NCBI GenBank assembly: GCA_963786955.1 | Contig: CAWBAT010000006.1 | Location: 128,001 to 192,000, forward strand | Reading direction: 5' to 3' | From: an uncultured Acidimicrobiia bacterium | GTDB lineage: Bacteria > Acidobacteriota > Terriglobia > Versatilivoradales > Versatilivoraceae | DNA length: 64,000 nucleotides | Part shown: one piece after another, positions 40,712 through 52,670 of the stretch | Layout of the letters: each line of letters opens with the position of its first letter | How positions within the stretch are numbered: position 1 is the first letter of the stretch | Program-made: the position numbers and the translations under genes | The notes under the pieces: model-generated | Seen by the model: only the letters and a program-made list of their open reading frames with translations | Database searches by the model: none | Told to the model about the DNA's origin: nothing

Positions 40712-42835
40712 ATGGCAGAAAGAGCACAGAAGAGACCGTTGTTTGACCCACCCATAGTCAAGCGGGCCATTAAGGATTCTTTTAAGAAATTAAACCCGCG
40801 GTGGGTGGCCCGGAACCCAGTAATGTTTGTGGTTGAGATCGGGAGTATTTTAACCACCTTGCTGATAATTCGAGATCTCACTATGGGCCATACTACGAAC
40901 TTGCTCTTTTCAGGCCAGGTCGCCTTTTGGCTGTGGTTTACCGTAATTTTCGCCAACTTTGCAGAAGCCATGGCAGAGGGCAGAGGTAAAGCGCAGGCAG
41001 ACACACTTCGAAAAGCAAAAACCGAAACCGTTGCTAATTTGATTACCGATGACAAGGGACGCGGGACAGAACACATCACCTTACGTACTGTCCCTGCTCT
41101 CGAACTGCGCAAAGGTAACCTCGTTTTGGTGCGTGCAGGGGAATTCCTTCCCGGGGATGGCGAAGTTGTGGAAGGAGTTGCATCTGTTGACGAGTCCGCC
41201 ATTACAGGGGAGAGTGCCCCAGTTATTCGCGAATCAGGAGGAGACCGCTCAGCCGTCACCGGAGGAACCAAGGTGATCTCTGACTGGATCAAGGTGCGGA
41301 TCACTTCGGACCCTGGAGAAACGTTTTTGGACCGGATGATTGCCTTGGTGGAGGGTGCTGAGCGACAAAAGACGCCCAATGAAATTGCTTTAAACATCCT
41401 GTTGGCGGGACTGACGATCATATTCCTGTTTGCAGTTATCAGTCTCCTGCCGTACGCCATCTATAGTGTCGGAGCCGCCAAAGCAGCTGTGGCTTTTGCT
41501 GAGGTAGCACCACCTTCAGTTACCGTCCTAGTGGCCCTTTTAGTTTGCCTGATTCCTACAACGATTGGTGGACTATTATCCGCGATAGGCATCGCCGGAA
41601 TGGACCGTGTGATTCAGCACAACGTGCTGGCCATGTCTGGACGCGCCGTCGAGGCCGCCGGTGATGTCAATACCCTGCTCCTTGATAAAACCGGAACCAT
41701 TACCCTCGGGAACCGGCAAGCCGTTGAGTTCCTGCCCATACCCGGCGTGAAAGAAAGAGATCTGGCCGATGCGGCGCAATTATCCAGCTTGTCCGACGAA
41801 ACGCCCGAAGGCCGCTCGATTGTAATTTTGGCGAAATCCAAATATGGATTACGAGGGCGCGAATTAGGCTCTCATGAAGCCCACTTCATCCCCTTTTCAG
41901 CCCAAACTCGCATGTCTGGAGTCGATCTGAATGGGCGTTCCATCCGCAAAGGGGCTTACGATGCGGTTGTCACGTTCGTAAATTCGAATGGTGGAGCTAT
42001 TTCGGCTGAATTGAAGCCGCTGGTGGAACGTATCGCAAACACTGGAGGGACTCCCTTGGTCGTGGCAGAGCGGAGAAATGTACTGGGAGTGATCCATCTC
42101 AAAGACATTGTCAAGGGTGGGATGCGGGAACGATTTGCTCAATTGCGAAAGATGGGGATCAAGACGGTGATGATCACTGGAGACAATCCGCTCACCGCCG
42201 CAGCCATTGCAACCGAAGCCGGGGTGGATGACTTCCTGGCCGAAGCCAATCCTGAGGACAAGATGAACCTGATACGCCGTGAGCAGGCCGAAGGGAAGCT
42301 GGTGGCCATGACTGGAGACGGGACTAACGACGCACCGGCTCTCGCTCAATCGGATGTGGGCGTTGCCATGAACACAGGGACAATGGCGGCGAAAGAAGCC
42401 GGCAATATGGTTGATTTGGATTCCAATCCTACCAAGCTGATCGAAATTGTTGAAATTGGCAAACAGCTACTCATGACGCGCGGCGCGCTCACAACCTTTT
42501 CCATAGCCAATGACGTGGCGAAGTATTTTGCCATTATCCCGGCGATGTTCGCGACCTTATACGCTCTGACGGGATCCAAGCAGGGTCCCCTCGCAGCATT
42601 AAATATCATGCGCTTACAAACTCCCGAGTCTGCCATTTTGTCGGCGGTGATATTTAACGCACTGATCATCATCGCGCTTGTTCCTTTGGCCCTGCGCGGA
42701 ATCAAGTACCGTCCAATGGGAGCAGCTGCCGTGCTGAGGCGAAATCTGATGATCTATGGCGTGGGAGGAGTGGTTATTCCGTTCATTGGGATCAAGCTCA
42801 TCGACATGATCATAACCGCAGTGGGTCTGGCATAG
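40712..42835 (+). CDS. kdpB: K+-transporting P-type ATPase subunit B
   Basis: [20 protein letters not shown]. Confidence 0.97.
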   Translation: MAERAQKRPLFDPPIVKRAIKDSFKKLNPRWVARNPVMFVVEIGSILTTLLIIRDLTMGHTTNLLFSGQVAFWLWFTVIFANFAEAMAEGRGKAQADTLRKAKTETVANLITDDKGRGTEHITLRTVPALELRKGNLVLVRAGEFLPGDGEVVEGVASVDESAITGESAPVIRESGGDRSAVTGGTKVISDWIKVRITSDPGETFLDRMIALVEGAERQKTPNEIALNILLAGLTIIFLFAVISLLPYAIYSVGAAKAAVAFAEVAPPSVTVLVALLVCLIPTTIGGLLSAIGIAGMDRVIQHNVLAMSGRAVEAAGDVNTLLLDKTGTITLGNRQAVEFLPIPGVKERDLADAAQLSSLSDETPEGRSIVILAKSKYGLRGRELGSHEAHFIPFSAQTRMSGVDLNGRSIRKGAYDAVVTFVNSNGGAISAELKPLVERIANTGGTPLVVAERRNVLGVIHLKDIVKGGMRERFAQLRKMGIKTVMITGDNPLTAAAIATEAGVDDFLAEANPEDKMNLIRREQAEGKLVAMTGDGTNDAPALAQSDVGVAMNTGTMAAKEAGNMVDLDSNPTKLIEIVEIGKQLLMTRGALTTFSIANDVAKYFAIIPAMFATLYALTGSKQGPLAALNIMRLQTPESAILSAVIFNALIIIALVPLALRGIKYRPMGAAAVLRRNLMIYGVGGVVIPFIGIKLIDMIITAVGLA

Positions 42836-42846
42836 GAATTTCGTAT

Positions 42847-42970
42847 TCCCCCTTAAAAGGGGGCAAGGCCGTAGGCTTGGGGGATGTCTCTTTAGCGAGT
42901 TACACGGTCTTTCACAATGGGACACCCCCCCGGCAGACTTTGCCTGCCACCCCCTCACAAGTGGGGATTA
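42847..42970. repeat. CCCCCTT..AAGGGGG REP-like element between kdpB and kdpC
   Basis: CCCCCTTAAAAGGGGG ... CCCCCTCACAAGTGGGG. Same hairpin type as 6361-6510. Confidence 0.55.
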
Positions 42971-42983
42971 TTAGGAGAACATT

Positions 42984-43583
42984 ATGAATTTACTGAAACA
43001 GCTTTACCCTGCAATAGCGATGACAGTTGTGCTTACAGTGCTCACGGGAATTCTTTATCCCTACGCGATCACCGGTTTGGCACAGGTGCTTTTCAGAGAG
43101 AAGGCCCAAGGAAGCTTGATCATCCAGGGGGAGAGAAGGGTGGTCGGGTCTCGCTTAATTGGACAACCGTTCAATGGTCCAGGCTACTTCCATTCGCGTC
43201 CTTCCGCTGCTGGAAACGGCTACGACGGCACGGCTTCTGGCGGAACCAATCTCGGTCCGACCAGTAAGAAACTGTTGAACCAAATGGTGAAGCCCGCTGC
43301 CGATCAGAGTCATGCGGAAAATCCCCCTGCTTTGGTGCCGGTCGATCTCATCACAACCTCAGCTTCAGGACTGGATCCGCATATTACTCCGGCTGCGGCC
43401 GAATTTCAGGTCGCCAGAGTTGCGAGCGAACGGGGTGTGGCGGATGACGAAATCAGACGATTGATCCGAGATCACAGCGAGGGCCGGCAGTTTGGAATCT
43501 TAGGTGAACCCCGTGTCAATGTGCTCGAATTAAACCTGGCTATAGATTCTGCTCATCCAAAACGCGGTTCTCAATCGCAGTAA
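42984..43583 (+). CDS. kdpC: K+-transporting ATPase subunit C
   Basis: YFHSRPSA, TTSASGLDPHI, GEPRVNVLELN. Confidence 0.96.
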   Translation: MNLLKQLYPAIAMTVVLTVLTGILYPYAITGLAQVLFREKAQGSLIIQGERRVVGSRLIGQPFNGPGYFHSRPSAAGNGYDGTASGGTNLGPTSKKLLNQMVKPAADQSHAENPPALVPVDLITTSASGLDPHITPAAAEFQVARVASERGVADDEIRRLIRDHSEGRQFGILGEPRVNVLELNLAIDSAHPKRGSQSQ

Positions 43584-43629
43584 TGAAAGGGAGTTACTGG
43601 AAGAATCGGAAACTTTCAAGAGGTGTCAC

Positions 43630-44145
43630 ATGACGAAAGAAAATACAATTCTATTCCCGGTTTGCGGAGTTCTTTATCCTTACCGCTTGGATCACCAATT
43701 GTTTTGGCTGGCTCGGCATTTGTCAGCCAGGCTGTGCCTGGTTGAAGTGCTCCTTCCTGCCGGTGGGTGGATACGATGGTTGTTTGGTCTGTTTAGCAAC
43801 AAGGACAGAGAGTGGCGACTCTGTCAGGTTGAAAAGGTTGTTTTCCAGCAGGATCATATTCCGTGCGAAACAGAAACCGTCGAAGTTCCCAATCTCAGCA
43901 TTGGCATTGCAGAAGCTGCCTGGCGAGTGAAACCGACTTTTGTTGCTCTCACGCCTGAATTACAGGAGAGCCTTGGAACGGTTGGCTTAAAAGACCTTAG
44001 AACTCGGCTGGGCGAAATGGGTCGTTGCATGCTGATTCTTTTTGGCAGAGGCACGGCAATGCGATTGGAGCCGTGCAATTCGGCCGACTCCGCCGACAAC
44101 GGTCAAGTGATTCGTGTCAAATTCAACGGATTAAAGAATCGATAA
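43630..44145 (+). CDS. Hypothetical protein, possibly a degenerate universal-stress (USP) fold
   Basis: GAGG ribosome-binding site. ILFPV...LARHLSARLCLVEV...IGIAEAA pattern. Confidence 0.55.
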   Translation: MTKENTILFPVCGVLYPYRLDHQLFWLARHLSARLCLVEVLLPAGGWIRWLFGLFSNKDREWRLCQVEKVVFQQDHIPCETETVEVPNLSIGIAEAAWRVKPTFVALTPELQESLGTVGLKDLRTRLGEMGRCMLILFGRGTAMRLEPCNSADSADNGQVIRVKFNGLKNR

Positions 44146-44265
44146 GCCCACATTGGCCGTCGGGGCCCGAGAGTATAAAAACGGAAGCTTTCTGCGACTC
44201 GATGGCAAGCGAATTGATTTCTTTTCCCAGGATCAATCTCATCTCTCATTGAACCGTGAATCACC

Positions 44266-46149
44266 ATGGGCAGCCTAAAACATAAGCTTCGTTTCAGCTA
44301 TGGATTACTCATCTTCATTATCCTGATTGTCAGCCTTTGGGGAGTTTACCATTTGGCGCGACTGGGACGCGCCGTCGACATCATTCTGGTCAATAACTAC
44401 AAGAGCATTCTTGCGGCTGAAAACATGAAGGAGGCTTTGGAGCGACAAGATTCGGCTATGTTGTTTTTTATCACCGGCCAATCCGATAAGGCTCGTCAGC
44501 AATTCGCTTTGAGCCGTCACAAATTCCAGAATGAATTCAATATCGCCGCCAATAATATCACCGAGAAAGGCGAAACGGAGATCATTGAAGACATCCACTC
44601 TCAATCGTCGGCCTACCAGCACCGGCTTCAGGATCTCATCGCTTCGAACGAGATCCGGGGACCCTCCGAACTCACGAGAATCTATTTTGGGCAGATCGAA
44701 CCAGCGTTTCTAAGACTTAAGTCGCGGCTGGACGACCTTCTCCATTTGAATCAGCAGGCCATGGTGAGAGCGAGTGATCGTGCCAAATCTGAATCCTGGA
44801 GAGCACAAGTCTCCACACTCCTCCTTTCCATGATAACGCTGACGTTGGCATTGTTGTTTGCCTGGCGCTTCACGGGCTACATCGTGAAACCGATTTTAAC
44901 GCTGACGGAAAAGGCAAAATTGATCGGCGAAGGGGATTTTGATCAACATATCCTCATTTCATCCCAGGACGAAATCGGAATTCTGGCCGCCGAGTTTAAT
45001 CGCATGACGACAAAGCTGCGAAAAATCAGAAAATCGGATTACTGGCGCCTATTATTGGAACAAAAGAAGTCCGATGCGGTCATCGACTCCATTGATGAAC
45101 CGATCATTGTGACGGATGCACGCGGAAACGTGACCAAGATCAATCGAGCCGCCGGACTTATCTTCGAAAATTCTCTTCCACTGGAAGGTGGGCCACCTGA
45201 GGATCGCTTTTCCCTGCAGGGCTTCCCAGCTGGAGAACAGATTCTCCAAGCAGTTCGTGATGCCGTAGCGATGCAGCGTCCCATCGCCTCCGAAGGTGAG
45301 GCGGCACTGGTCCCGATCAAATTGGGGGGGACCGAACGGAGCTTCCGTATTCGTGCAACCCCCATGCGTGATGATGACGGTCGGCTTTTGGGAGCAGTTA
45401 CTTTATTAGAAGATATTACCGCTATGCGAGAACTGGATCGACTCAAGACAGACTTCATCTCCGTCGCATCCGGAAAACTGCGGGACCCTCTCCGGTCACT
45501 GCAGCTAGCCTTGCACGCTGTCCTAAGCGGAAGCGCAGGAGAATTCGATGAACAGAAGATGGACATGCTGCTGGACGCGAGAGAAAATGCCGGCCAGCTC
45601 GAAGAAATCATGAATGACCTGTTGGAGCTTGCCGAAATTGAATCCGGGATCAGAACACTGTTGCCTGCGCCAGTGCGTCCTATTGAGTTGGTTCGCCCGG
45701 CCCTGGAACGCCATAGCGCTGCCGCCGAATGCAAACATGTCAAGCTGGAGGTTCACGTCTGGGCAGACCTTCCCAGAGTCCTGGCCGATAGAGAAGCCGC
45801 TCGGCGCATATTTGATAATCTGCTTTCCAATGCCATCCGCCACACGGGTCATGACGGCACCGTGAGTATCTCAGCAACCGATCGCGAGGATCGAGTATTT
45901 TTCTGTGTGAAAGACACCGGCGAAGGGATCCCTCAAGAGGATTTGCCCACTCTTTTCAGCCGTTTCGTCCAAGTAGGCGGAAAGCCTGGAGGTGGAACCG
46001 GCTTAGGTTTGGCTTTGGTCAAGCGACTTGTTGAAGCGCAAGGCGGGAAGGTAAGCGTTGAGAGTCGCATCGGCGAAGGAACAGCAATGACTTTCACTCT
46101 GCCGGTGATTTTGTCCGGCGAAAAATCACAGATCGCGAGGGGCATGTGA
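44266..46149 (+). CDS. Sensor histidine kinase (helical periplasmic sensor, HAMP, PAS, HATPase) with an atypical H-box
   Basis: NYKSILAAENMKEALERQD, DEIGILAAEFN, NLLSNAIRH, DTGEGIP, GTGLGL. The H-box reads VASGKLRDPL. Confidence 0.88.
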   Translation: MGSLKHKLRFSYGLLIFIILIVSLWGVYHLARLGRAVDIILVNNYKSILAAENMKEALERQDSAMLFFITGQSDKARQQFALSRHKFQNEFNIAANNITEKGETEIIEDIHSQSSAYQHRLQDLIASNEIRGPSELTRIYFGQIEPAFLRLKSRLDDLLHLNQQAMVRASDRAKSESWRAQVSTLLLSMITLTLALLFAWRFTGYIVKPILTLTEKAKLIGEGDFDQHILISSQDEIGILAAEFNRMTTKLRKIRKSDYWRLLLEQKKSDAVIDSIDEPIIVTDARGNVTKINRAAGLIFENSLPLEGGPPEDRFSLQGFPAGEQILQAVRDAVAMQRPIASEGEAALVPIKLGGTERSFRIRATPMRDDDGRLLGAVTLLEDITAMRELDRLKTDFISVASGKLRDPLRSLQLALHAVLSGSAGEFDEQKMDMLLDARENAGQLEEIMNDLLELAEIESGIRTLLPAPVRPIELVRPALERHSAAAECKHVKLEVHVWADLPRVLADREAARRIFDNLLSNAIRHTGHDGTVSISATDREDRVFFCVKDTGEGIPQEDLPTLFSRFVQVGGKPGGGTGLGLALVKRLVEAQGGKVSVESRIGEGTAMTFTLPVILSGEKSQIARGM

Positions 46150-47324
46150 GTTCCCGGGAGATCGATTCCAAACCGAAAGCGGAAGCCCTGCTTACAAAGT
46201 TGGAACAAGGTCGGCGGGCGAGATTGCGGATCTATATCGGAGCTGCGCCGGGTGTGGGAAAGACTTACCAGATGTTAGAGGATGCCCATCTCCTCCGTCA
46301 ACAGGGCTATGACGTTGTCATCGGATTCATCGAGACCTATGGACGGTCCGACACAGAGGCGAAGATTGGCGCCCTCAATCTTATCCCAAGGAAGAAGATC
46401 GAGTACCGATCGGTGATTCTTGAAGAGATGGACCTGGAAGCGATCCTCGCTCGCAAGCCAGAAATGTGTCTGGTGGACGAACTGGCACACCATAACGTTC
46501 CAGGCTCGAGAAACAAGAAACGATATGAGGACGTCCTCGATCTTTTGGAGGCCGGCATCCACGTCTTGTCGGCCGTAAATATTCAGCATCTCGAGACTCT
46601 GAATGACATTGTCGGGCGCTCTTCCGGAATTCAAGTCCGGGAAACTGTGCCGGATAGCTTTCTCAAGAGAGCGGACGAAGTAGTCAATGTGGACGTAACG
46701 GTCGATGAATTGCGCAATCGGCTTAGACAAGGGAAGGTTTATAAGCCAGAAAAGATTGAACAAGCACTGAATCATTTCTTCCGCAAAGGAAATTTATCGA
46801 CCTTGCGTGAACTGGCACTGCGCACGGTCGCCGAAGAAGTGGGTTCGAAGGCCGCTCAATATCGCGTCCGGGAAGGGTTGGAGCCTGTCCCCATCCCTGA
46901 AAAAGTGATGGTATGCATGTCTTCAAACCAAACCGCTAAACCTCTTTTGCGAGCTGGGGCGCGAATTGCGGGGCGGATTGGAGCCGTCTGGTATGCTGTT
47001 TATGTAGAAATCCCTAAGGAGAGCCCTTCACGAATCAAATCTTCTGATTCAACCCAGTTGGCCGAGAATATCCATTTAGCGGAAGAACTGGGTGCCACCG
47101 TAGTCAAACTGAAAGCAAAGCGTCCGGCAGACGGACTGATTGAATTCGCTAAACGAGAGGGGATTACCCACGTGATCTTTGGACAGTCCTGGCGGACACG
47201 TTGGGATATCCTACTACATGGGTCAGTTCTCAACCGCTTCTTATTGGAGGTACAGGGCGCAGCGGTACACATCATCCCCCCTGGCCACTCTCTCGAGAAA
47301 CAAGGCAATGAGTCCAGACACTAA
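46146..47324 (+). CDS. kdpD: KdpD N-terminal sensor domain + USP domain (stand-alone)
   Basis: IYIGAAPGVGKTYQML, LVDELAH, NIQHLETLND, FFRKGNLSTLRELAL. No TM or kinase domain. Confidence 0.92.
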   Translation: MSSREIDSKPKAEALLTKLEQGRRARLRIYIGAAPGVGKTYQMLEDAHLLRQQGYDVVIGFIETYGRSDTEAKIGALNLIPRKKIEYRSVILEEMDLEAILARKPEMCLVDELAHHNVPGSRNKKRYEDVLDLLEAGIHVLSAVNIQHLETLNDIVGRSSGIQVRETVPDSFLKRADEVVNVDVTVDELRNRLRQGKVYKPEKIEQALNHFFRKGNLSTLRELALRTVAEEVGSKAAQYRVREGLEPVPIPEKVMVCMSSNQTAKPLLRAGARIAGRIGAVWYAVYVEIPKESPSRIKSSDSTQLAENIHLAEELGATVVKLKAKRPADGLIEFAKREGITHVIFGQSWRTRWDILLHGSVLNRFLLEVQGAAVHIIPPGHSLEKQGNESRH

Positions 47325-47720
47325 ATCCACTCCACTCGCCAGGTCCGAATTCCCTGATTCGTCATCAATGAGAGGAACACCTTTTAGCCAGAATTCCGGA
47401 GTTGGTTATTCCTCATCAGGTGGAGCGGGCGCCCCGGCGCACGCTTGAACCCGCACGGGGGGACGGCGGTCCCACGTGCCCGTTCCGTTGTCATTGGTAT
47501 GCTTTTTCCCCATTGTTAGGTCGTGTAGGCTTTAAAGCCGGCACAAGCATTCAACTGAGGGTTCCGAATCCCGCATGTGGTCCTCCGAACTGGAATGAAT
47601 GGGATCCAATGGTTGGCCATTCCGATGCCGATTGACTTTTTTCCTAATCTCTTCCACAACACCGACGCAATAGTTCGTGCGAGATCGGACATTTACGAAG
47701 ATAATAAACCCATATGGGAA

Positions 47721-49221
47721 ATGCAATTCGTCAAGTTTGAGTACCGTTACCTGCTTTCCTTGGCAGGAGTAACGGTGGTCACGATGTGTTACAAGTTTTT
47801 ACCTTATCGGGTTAACGCAACTACGGTAGCACTCAGCTTTCTGCTCGTGGTTCTTTCAACGGCGGCAACTCAAGGCATCGGTCCTTCGATCGTCAGCGTC
47901 GCTGGCATCCCTGCTGAGCTTCAATTTTTACTTTCTTCCACCGGTGGGAACCTTTTCCATCGCGGATCCGCAAAACTGGGTCGCTCTTTTTGTTTTTCTA
48001 GTGACTGCGGTCATCGCCAGCCAGCTCGCGTCAACCGCCCGCAAGCGAGCTTGGGAGGCGGAGAAAAGTCAAGAAGAAGTCTGGAAACTTTACCAATTGA
48101 GCCGAGCCATTATTGTGACTCCAGACCCGGAGACGGCTGTATCGACCCTTTCGAGACAAGTTCGGGAAGTCTTCGGGGTGAGCTATTGCGAACTCTACAC
48201 TCCTCGGGAAAAAGGAGAGGGAGAACATTTAGTGGCTGCATCGGGAGCGCTCCTGTCAGGAGCTTCCGCAAATTACCTTAGGGAAGTATTCGAGAGAGGA
48301 GAAATCAGAACCGATGGAGAAGGCGCTGTGTATGCTCCTCTAAAAGTGGGTGTGCGAGTGACCGGGGTCATTGCCTTAGATTCGAATACGTTGGCGGATG
48401 GGACGATTGAAGCAATTAGCGGATTAGTAGCGTTGGCTCTCGAGAGGGCTCGGTTTCTCAAGGAACTGAGCCGAACGGAAGCTCTGCGACAGAGTGACCA
48501 GCTAAAATCCGCAATCCTGGCATCCGTATCCCATGACCTGCATACTCCACTCACCTCGATTCGTGCCGCGGTGGACAATTTGTTGGAAAGTAATCTAAAT
48601 TGGGATCGAGAGGCACTGAATGAGTTTCATTTAATTATAAGAGAAGAAGTAAATCGGTTAATCCATCTTGTTCAAAATTTGCTCGAAATGGCCCGGATCG
48701 AGGCTGGAGAGCTTCATCCCGTAAAGGAGTGGGGCACGGTCGCGGAAATTTTTGATAATGTGTTAGAACGATCCGCTTTTTACTTGAACAACCATCAAAT
48801 TGTCATTGAGTTGGAAGAAAGCTTGCCCATGGTAAAAGTGGACTCCCGCCTCTTGGCTGAAGTACTGGTTAATTTGGTGGAAAATGCAGCCAAATACTCT
48901 CCCGACGGAAGCACAATCATTCTGTGTGGAACCGTCGAAGAGGAAGGGTTGACCATGATTGTAAAGGATCATGGCCCAGGGATACCGGCACAGGATCTCG
49001 CCCATGTTTTTGAGAAATTCTATCGCGGAACCAGCACACCGGAGAAAAAGAGGGACGGGACGGGGATGGGGCTGGCGATAGCCAGGGGAATAGTCGAAGC
49101 TCACGATGGGCGAATCTGGGTCGAGACCCCCCCAGAGGGCGGAGCCATTTTCGGTTTGCGGGTCCCGGCTGAAAACAAGGAAGTCCCTCAAACATTGGAT
49201 CACAACGGGGAGATTGCATGA
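47721..49221 (+). CDS. kdpD: KdpD C-terminal part (DUF4118 TM, GAF-like, kinase; apparent frameshift near 47900)
   Basis: NATTVALSFLLVV, DPQNWVALFVF, SVSHDLHTPLTSI, NLVENAAKYSP, GTGMGLAI. Confidence 0.88.
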
Positions 49222-49907
49222 GCAAACCAACCCTACTCGTGGTGGATGACGAACCCCAAATTCTGCGCGTGATGCGTGCGAGCTTGCCGGTGAGAGGGTA
49301 CCAAGTGATCACGGCCTCCAGCGGTGAGGAAGCGTTGGATCAAGTGGGCAAACAGGTCCCTGACTTGATCATTCTGGATTTGGCCATGCCCGGACTGACC
49401 GGCCTGGACGTGTGTCGGCGAATCCGCGAGTTCTCTGCGGTACCGATTATCGTGCTGTCAGCAAAAGGTTCAGACAGTGACAAGATTGCAGCACTAGACT
49501 TGGGCGCCGACGATTACATCACCAAACCCTTTAGTATGGATGAACTCCTCGCCCGTGTCAGGGCCGTATTGAGACGCTTGGCCGCTGGGGAATCGAACAC
49601 TCGCGTTCTGACCGTCGGTGACGTGACCATTGACGTCGATGAACGCCGGGTTGTCGTGGCAGACAAAGAGATCAAACTGACTCCCAAGGAGTTTGAGGTA
49701 CTGAAGTATTTGGTGAGCAACGCCGGTAAGGTGGTGACTCATCGAGCCTTGCTTCAAGCCGTATGGGGATGGGAATCCACTGATCAAACTGAATATTTGA
49801 GAGTCTTCATCAATCAACTCCGACGTAAGATTGAAGCGGATGTCAGTCACCCCCATTATCTCCTTACAGAGCCCTGGGTCGGATATCGGTTTGTTCCAAA
49901 CGAATGA
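49218..49907 (+). CDS. kdpE: Response regulator KdpE
   Basis: LVVDDEPQI, ALDLGADDYITKPF, YLRVFINQLRRKIE, TEPWVGYRF. Confidence 0.95.
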   Translation: MSKPTLLVVDDEPQILRVMRASLPVRGYQVITASSGEEALDQVGKQVPDLIILDLAMPGLTGLDVCRRIREFSAVPIIVLSAKGSDSDKIAALDLGADDYITKPFSMDELLARVRAVLRRLAAGESNTRVLTVGDVTIDVDERRVVVADKEIKLTPKEFEVLKYLVSNAGKVVTHRALLQAVWGWESTDQTEYLRVFINQLRRKIEADVSHPHYLLTEPWVGYRFVPNE

Positions 49908-50021
49908 ACTGTTTAGCGTATCTCAACTTGCTTGGAACTGAATCCGCCGAGTTGCCTGCAAAAGTTTACTTCTCCAAGCATCTTTTATCTGAATTTTAGG
50001 TATGGTAGAATCTGCCCTTGA

Positions 50022-50172
50022 ATACGCCTAAGTCCTCCATTGCGGAGGATGCGGGGGAACCGGTTAGGTGCGCTTTACTTTTGCAGAGTGCATCGCGGGG
50101 CGAATCCTTGCAGTACAAGGTAGGGCAGCTTCCCGGCCCGAGCCCGTCAGCTAACCTCGTCGGCGGAAGCGG
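50022..50172 (+). promoter_or_regulatory. c-di-AMP (ydaO/yuaA) riboswitch
   Basis: Conserved blocks in order: GCGGGGGAACC, GGGGCGAATCC, TAGGG, CCCGAGCCCGTCAGCTAACCTCGT. Extended -10 TGGTAGAAT at 50003-50011. Confidence 0.9.
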
Positions 50173-50176
50173 AAGT

Positions 50177-50335
50177 ATGAAACAAAACGGATTACCCAAT
50201 TCAAATTGTAAAGCCACCGGCATTGTCTTTTGGCCAATGCTCGTGGCTTTTTTGCTTTTTGGGGTTTGGATTTTGTTGAGATTGTATTTTTCCGGAGACG
50301 ATTTTCTCCGCATGGAGCCTTCACAGGATGTCTAA
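50177..50335 (+). CDS. 52-aa single-TM protein directly after the riboswitch
   Basis: MKQNG...IVFWPMLVAFLLFGVWILLRLYF. Its stop overlaps the next start. Confidence 0.5.
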   Translation: MKQNGLPNSNCKATGIVFWPMLVAFLLFGVWILLRLYFSGDDFLRMEPSQDV

Positions 50336-52670
50336 ACAACCGAACGTTTCTTCAGACCGTACCACTCAGGTCGTCGTGGCTACCTCGGTGATGCTGACTT
50401 TTATCTCATTTTGGCGGGCGGCCGCCATTGTGCTGAACGACCTCGGCTCATCCGCTTATTATGTCGGAGGCATCGCGGAGCAGGCTGTTGGCCGTGCGGC
50501 TCCGTGGTTTATTCTGGGGGTCATGCTTTTTTCCTATGCCGTTCGAGCCGTTTACGTTGAGGCCTGCACCATGTTTACGCGTGGAGGTGTCTATCGCAAC
50601 GTCAAAGAGGCAATGGGTGGCGCATTTGCAAAGGTCTCTGTATCCGCTTTGATGTTTGATTATATCCTAACGGGACCAATCTCCGGGGTTTCTGCAGGCC
50701 AATATATCGTCGGGCTTTTGGCCCAAACCCTGAACTATTTCGGTCACTCCTGGGATCCGACCAAAGAAACGGTCAATCTTGTTCGCAGCAGTCTTTGCTG
50801 TTGCCATCACACTCTATTTCTGGTGGCGCAACACAAAAGGCATTCATGAATCCTCAGATGATGCGCTCAAAATCATGTATGTGACAACAGCAATGGTTGT
50901 CACCTTGATTCTCTGGTGCGGATTGACGCTTTGGATTCAGCCCGAGAAACGTCGTCTCCCTCCCAGCCCGGTCCCTTCGCACTTATCGTTTGATCACGAT
51001 GCGGTGGGATGGCTTCCTGATGCTTGCGCCCGGGAGCGCTCTCCGGTCAATTCCTGGTGAAGCCCATCAGGTTCCGGACAAACCGGAAAATCAACTCGAG
51101 CCGCAACCACATTATGGTATCCCGATCGAGGCAGGAAAACTGCTGGGCTTGATCGGGATACTGATCGCACTGGGTCACTCGCTGCTGGCCATGTCGGGCG
51201 AAGAAACTCTTGCTCAAGTCAACCGCGAACTGGAATACCCGAAACATAAGAACTTGATGCGAGCCGGGATGGTCATTTTTGTCTATTCTTTGTTGTTCAC
51301 ATCTCTCGTGTCCTTCTTCGCTTATGCCATAATCCCCGACAATGTCAGGCCCCAGTATTTCGATAACCTCATCAGTGGAATCGCCATGAACTTAGTCGGC
51401 CCGATGCCGCTACGTCTCATTTTTCAAGCTTTCATTGTGTTGGTTGGGTTCCTGATGTTGGCTGGTGCGGTCAATACCGCGATTATCGGGTCGAACGGTG
51501 TTCTTAATCGCGTCAGTGAAGATGGCGTGTTGACGGAGTGGTTCCGAAGACCCCACAAAAAATATGGAACGAGCTACCGAATGATCAATATGATCGTTCT
51601 GCTGCAACTGGCTACTATCATTGGATCACGCGGAAATGTCTACATATTGGGTGAAGCTTACGCGTTTGGGGTGATTTGGTCGTTCGCCTTTAATGCCCTG
51701 GCGATCCTTGTCCTCCGCTTCAAGGACAAGTCCCCGCGCGAATGGAAAGTGCCCTTTAATATTAGACTGGGAAAAATCGAGATCCCCTTGGGACTGGCCG
51801 GGGTCGCAACACATTCTCTTCGCACTGGCTGCAATTAATTTGATTACCAAACAGGTTGCAACGATCAGCGGACTTTTGATCACGACCGTCTTTGCGACGA
51901 CATTCTTTATCTCTGAGCGCATTACGCAACGGCGGCGCCTTCGTGAAGGGAATCATGGTCTCGACCAATTCCGGCTGGAGCCTCAGGAAGAAATTTCTAT
52001 GACTACGGTTGGCGTGCGCCCTGACAATACCCTTTGTCTTGTGCGGGACTACAATACCCTAGACCACGTAGCTAAAGTCCTTGAACTCACTCACACTGGT
52101 AAGAAAGACCTGGTCGTCATGACCGTTCATGTGATTCGAGGACCCAACGCCGGGTACAAGGGCATGAGTGAACAACGGCTTTTTACCGACTATGAACAGC
52201 TCCTTTTTAGCAAGGTTGTGGCTTTAGCCGAAAAATCGGGAAAACCGGCTCATCTGCTCGTTGTACCCTCTCCCGACATCTTTTCGGCCATTGCTGAAAC
52301 GGCTGCCCAACTCTATTCGGCTATGATCACGGCAGGAAGCTCCTCCGTCATGGCACCCGAGGAACAAGCCAGAAGAATGGGGCTGGCCTGGGATCGATTG
52401 ACGAACAAGCCGAAGCATCAAGTAGTCTTCCGTGTCATTGAGCCTAATGGGAAAATGCATGATTTTTCTCTCGGAGCTCATGCGCCGGATCTCTCTCAAG
52501 CGGATATCGACAAAATTCATGCCATCTGGCTTCAGCTGACCAGTAGGGCCGGGGGACCTCATTTGCACCACAAGGACATTGTTACGGTGGCCCTCGAGCT
52601 ACTTGAGCGCGAGATCTCTGGCAAGGAGTGGCAAGATGTTTTAGATCATGTCAACCGGGACAAAGAATAA
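50328..52670 (+). CDS. APC-family permease, KimA/YdaO-like K+ transporter (apparent frameshifts)
   Basis: DLGSSAYYVGG, GGVYRNVKE, LAMSGEETLAQ, AYAFGVIWSF, and a cytosolic C-terminal domain. Confidence 0.82.

Noticed and set aside
47325-47720. GC-rich hairpins between the two kdpD parts as a riboswitch
   Set aside because: No recognisable aptamer blocks. More likely a decayed repeat.
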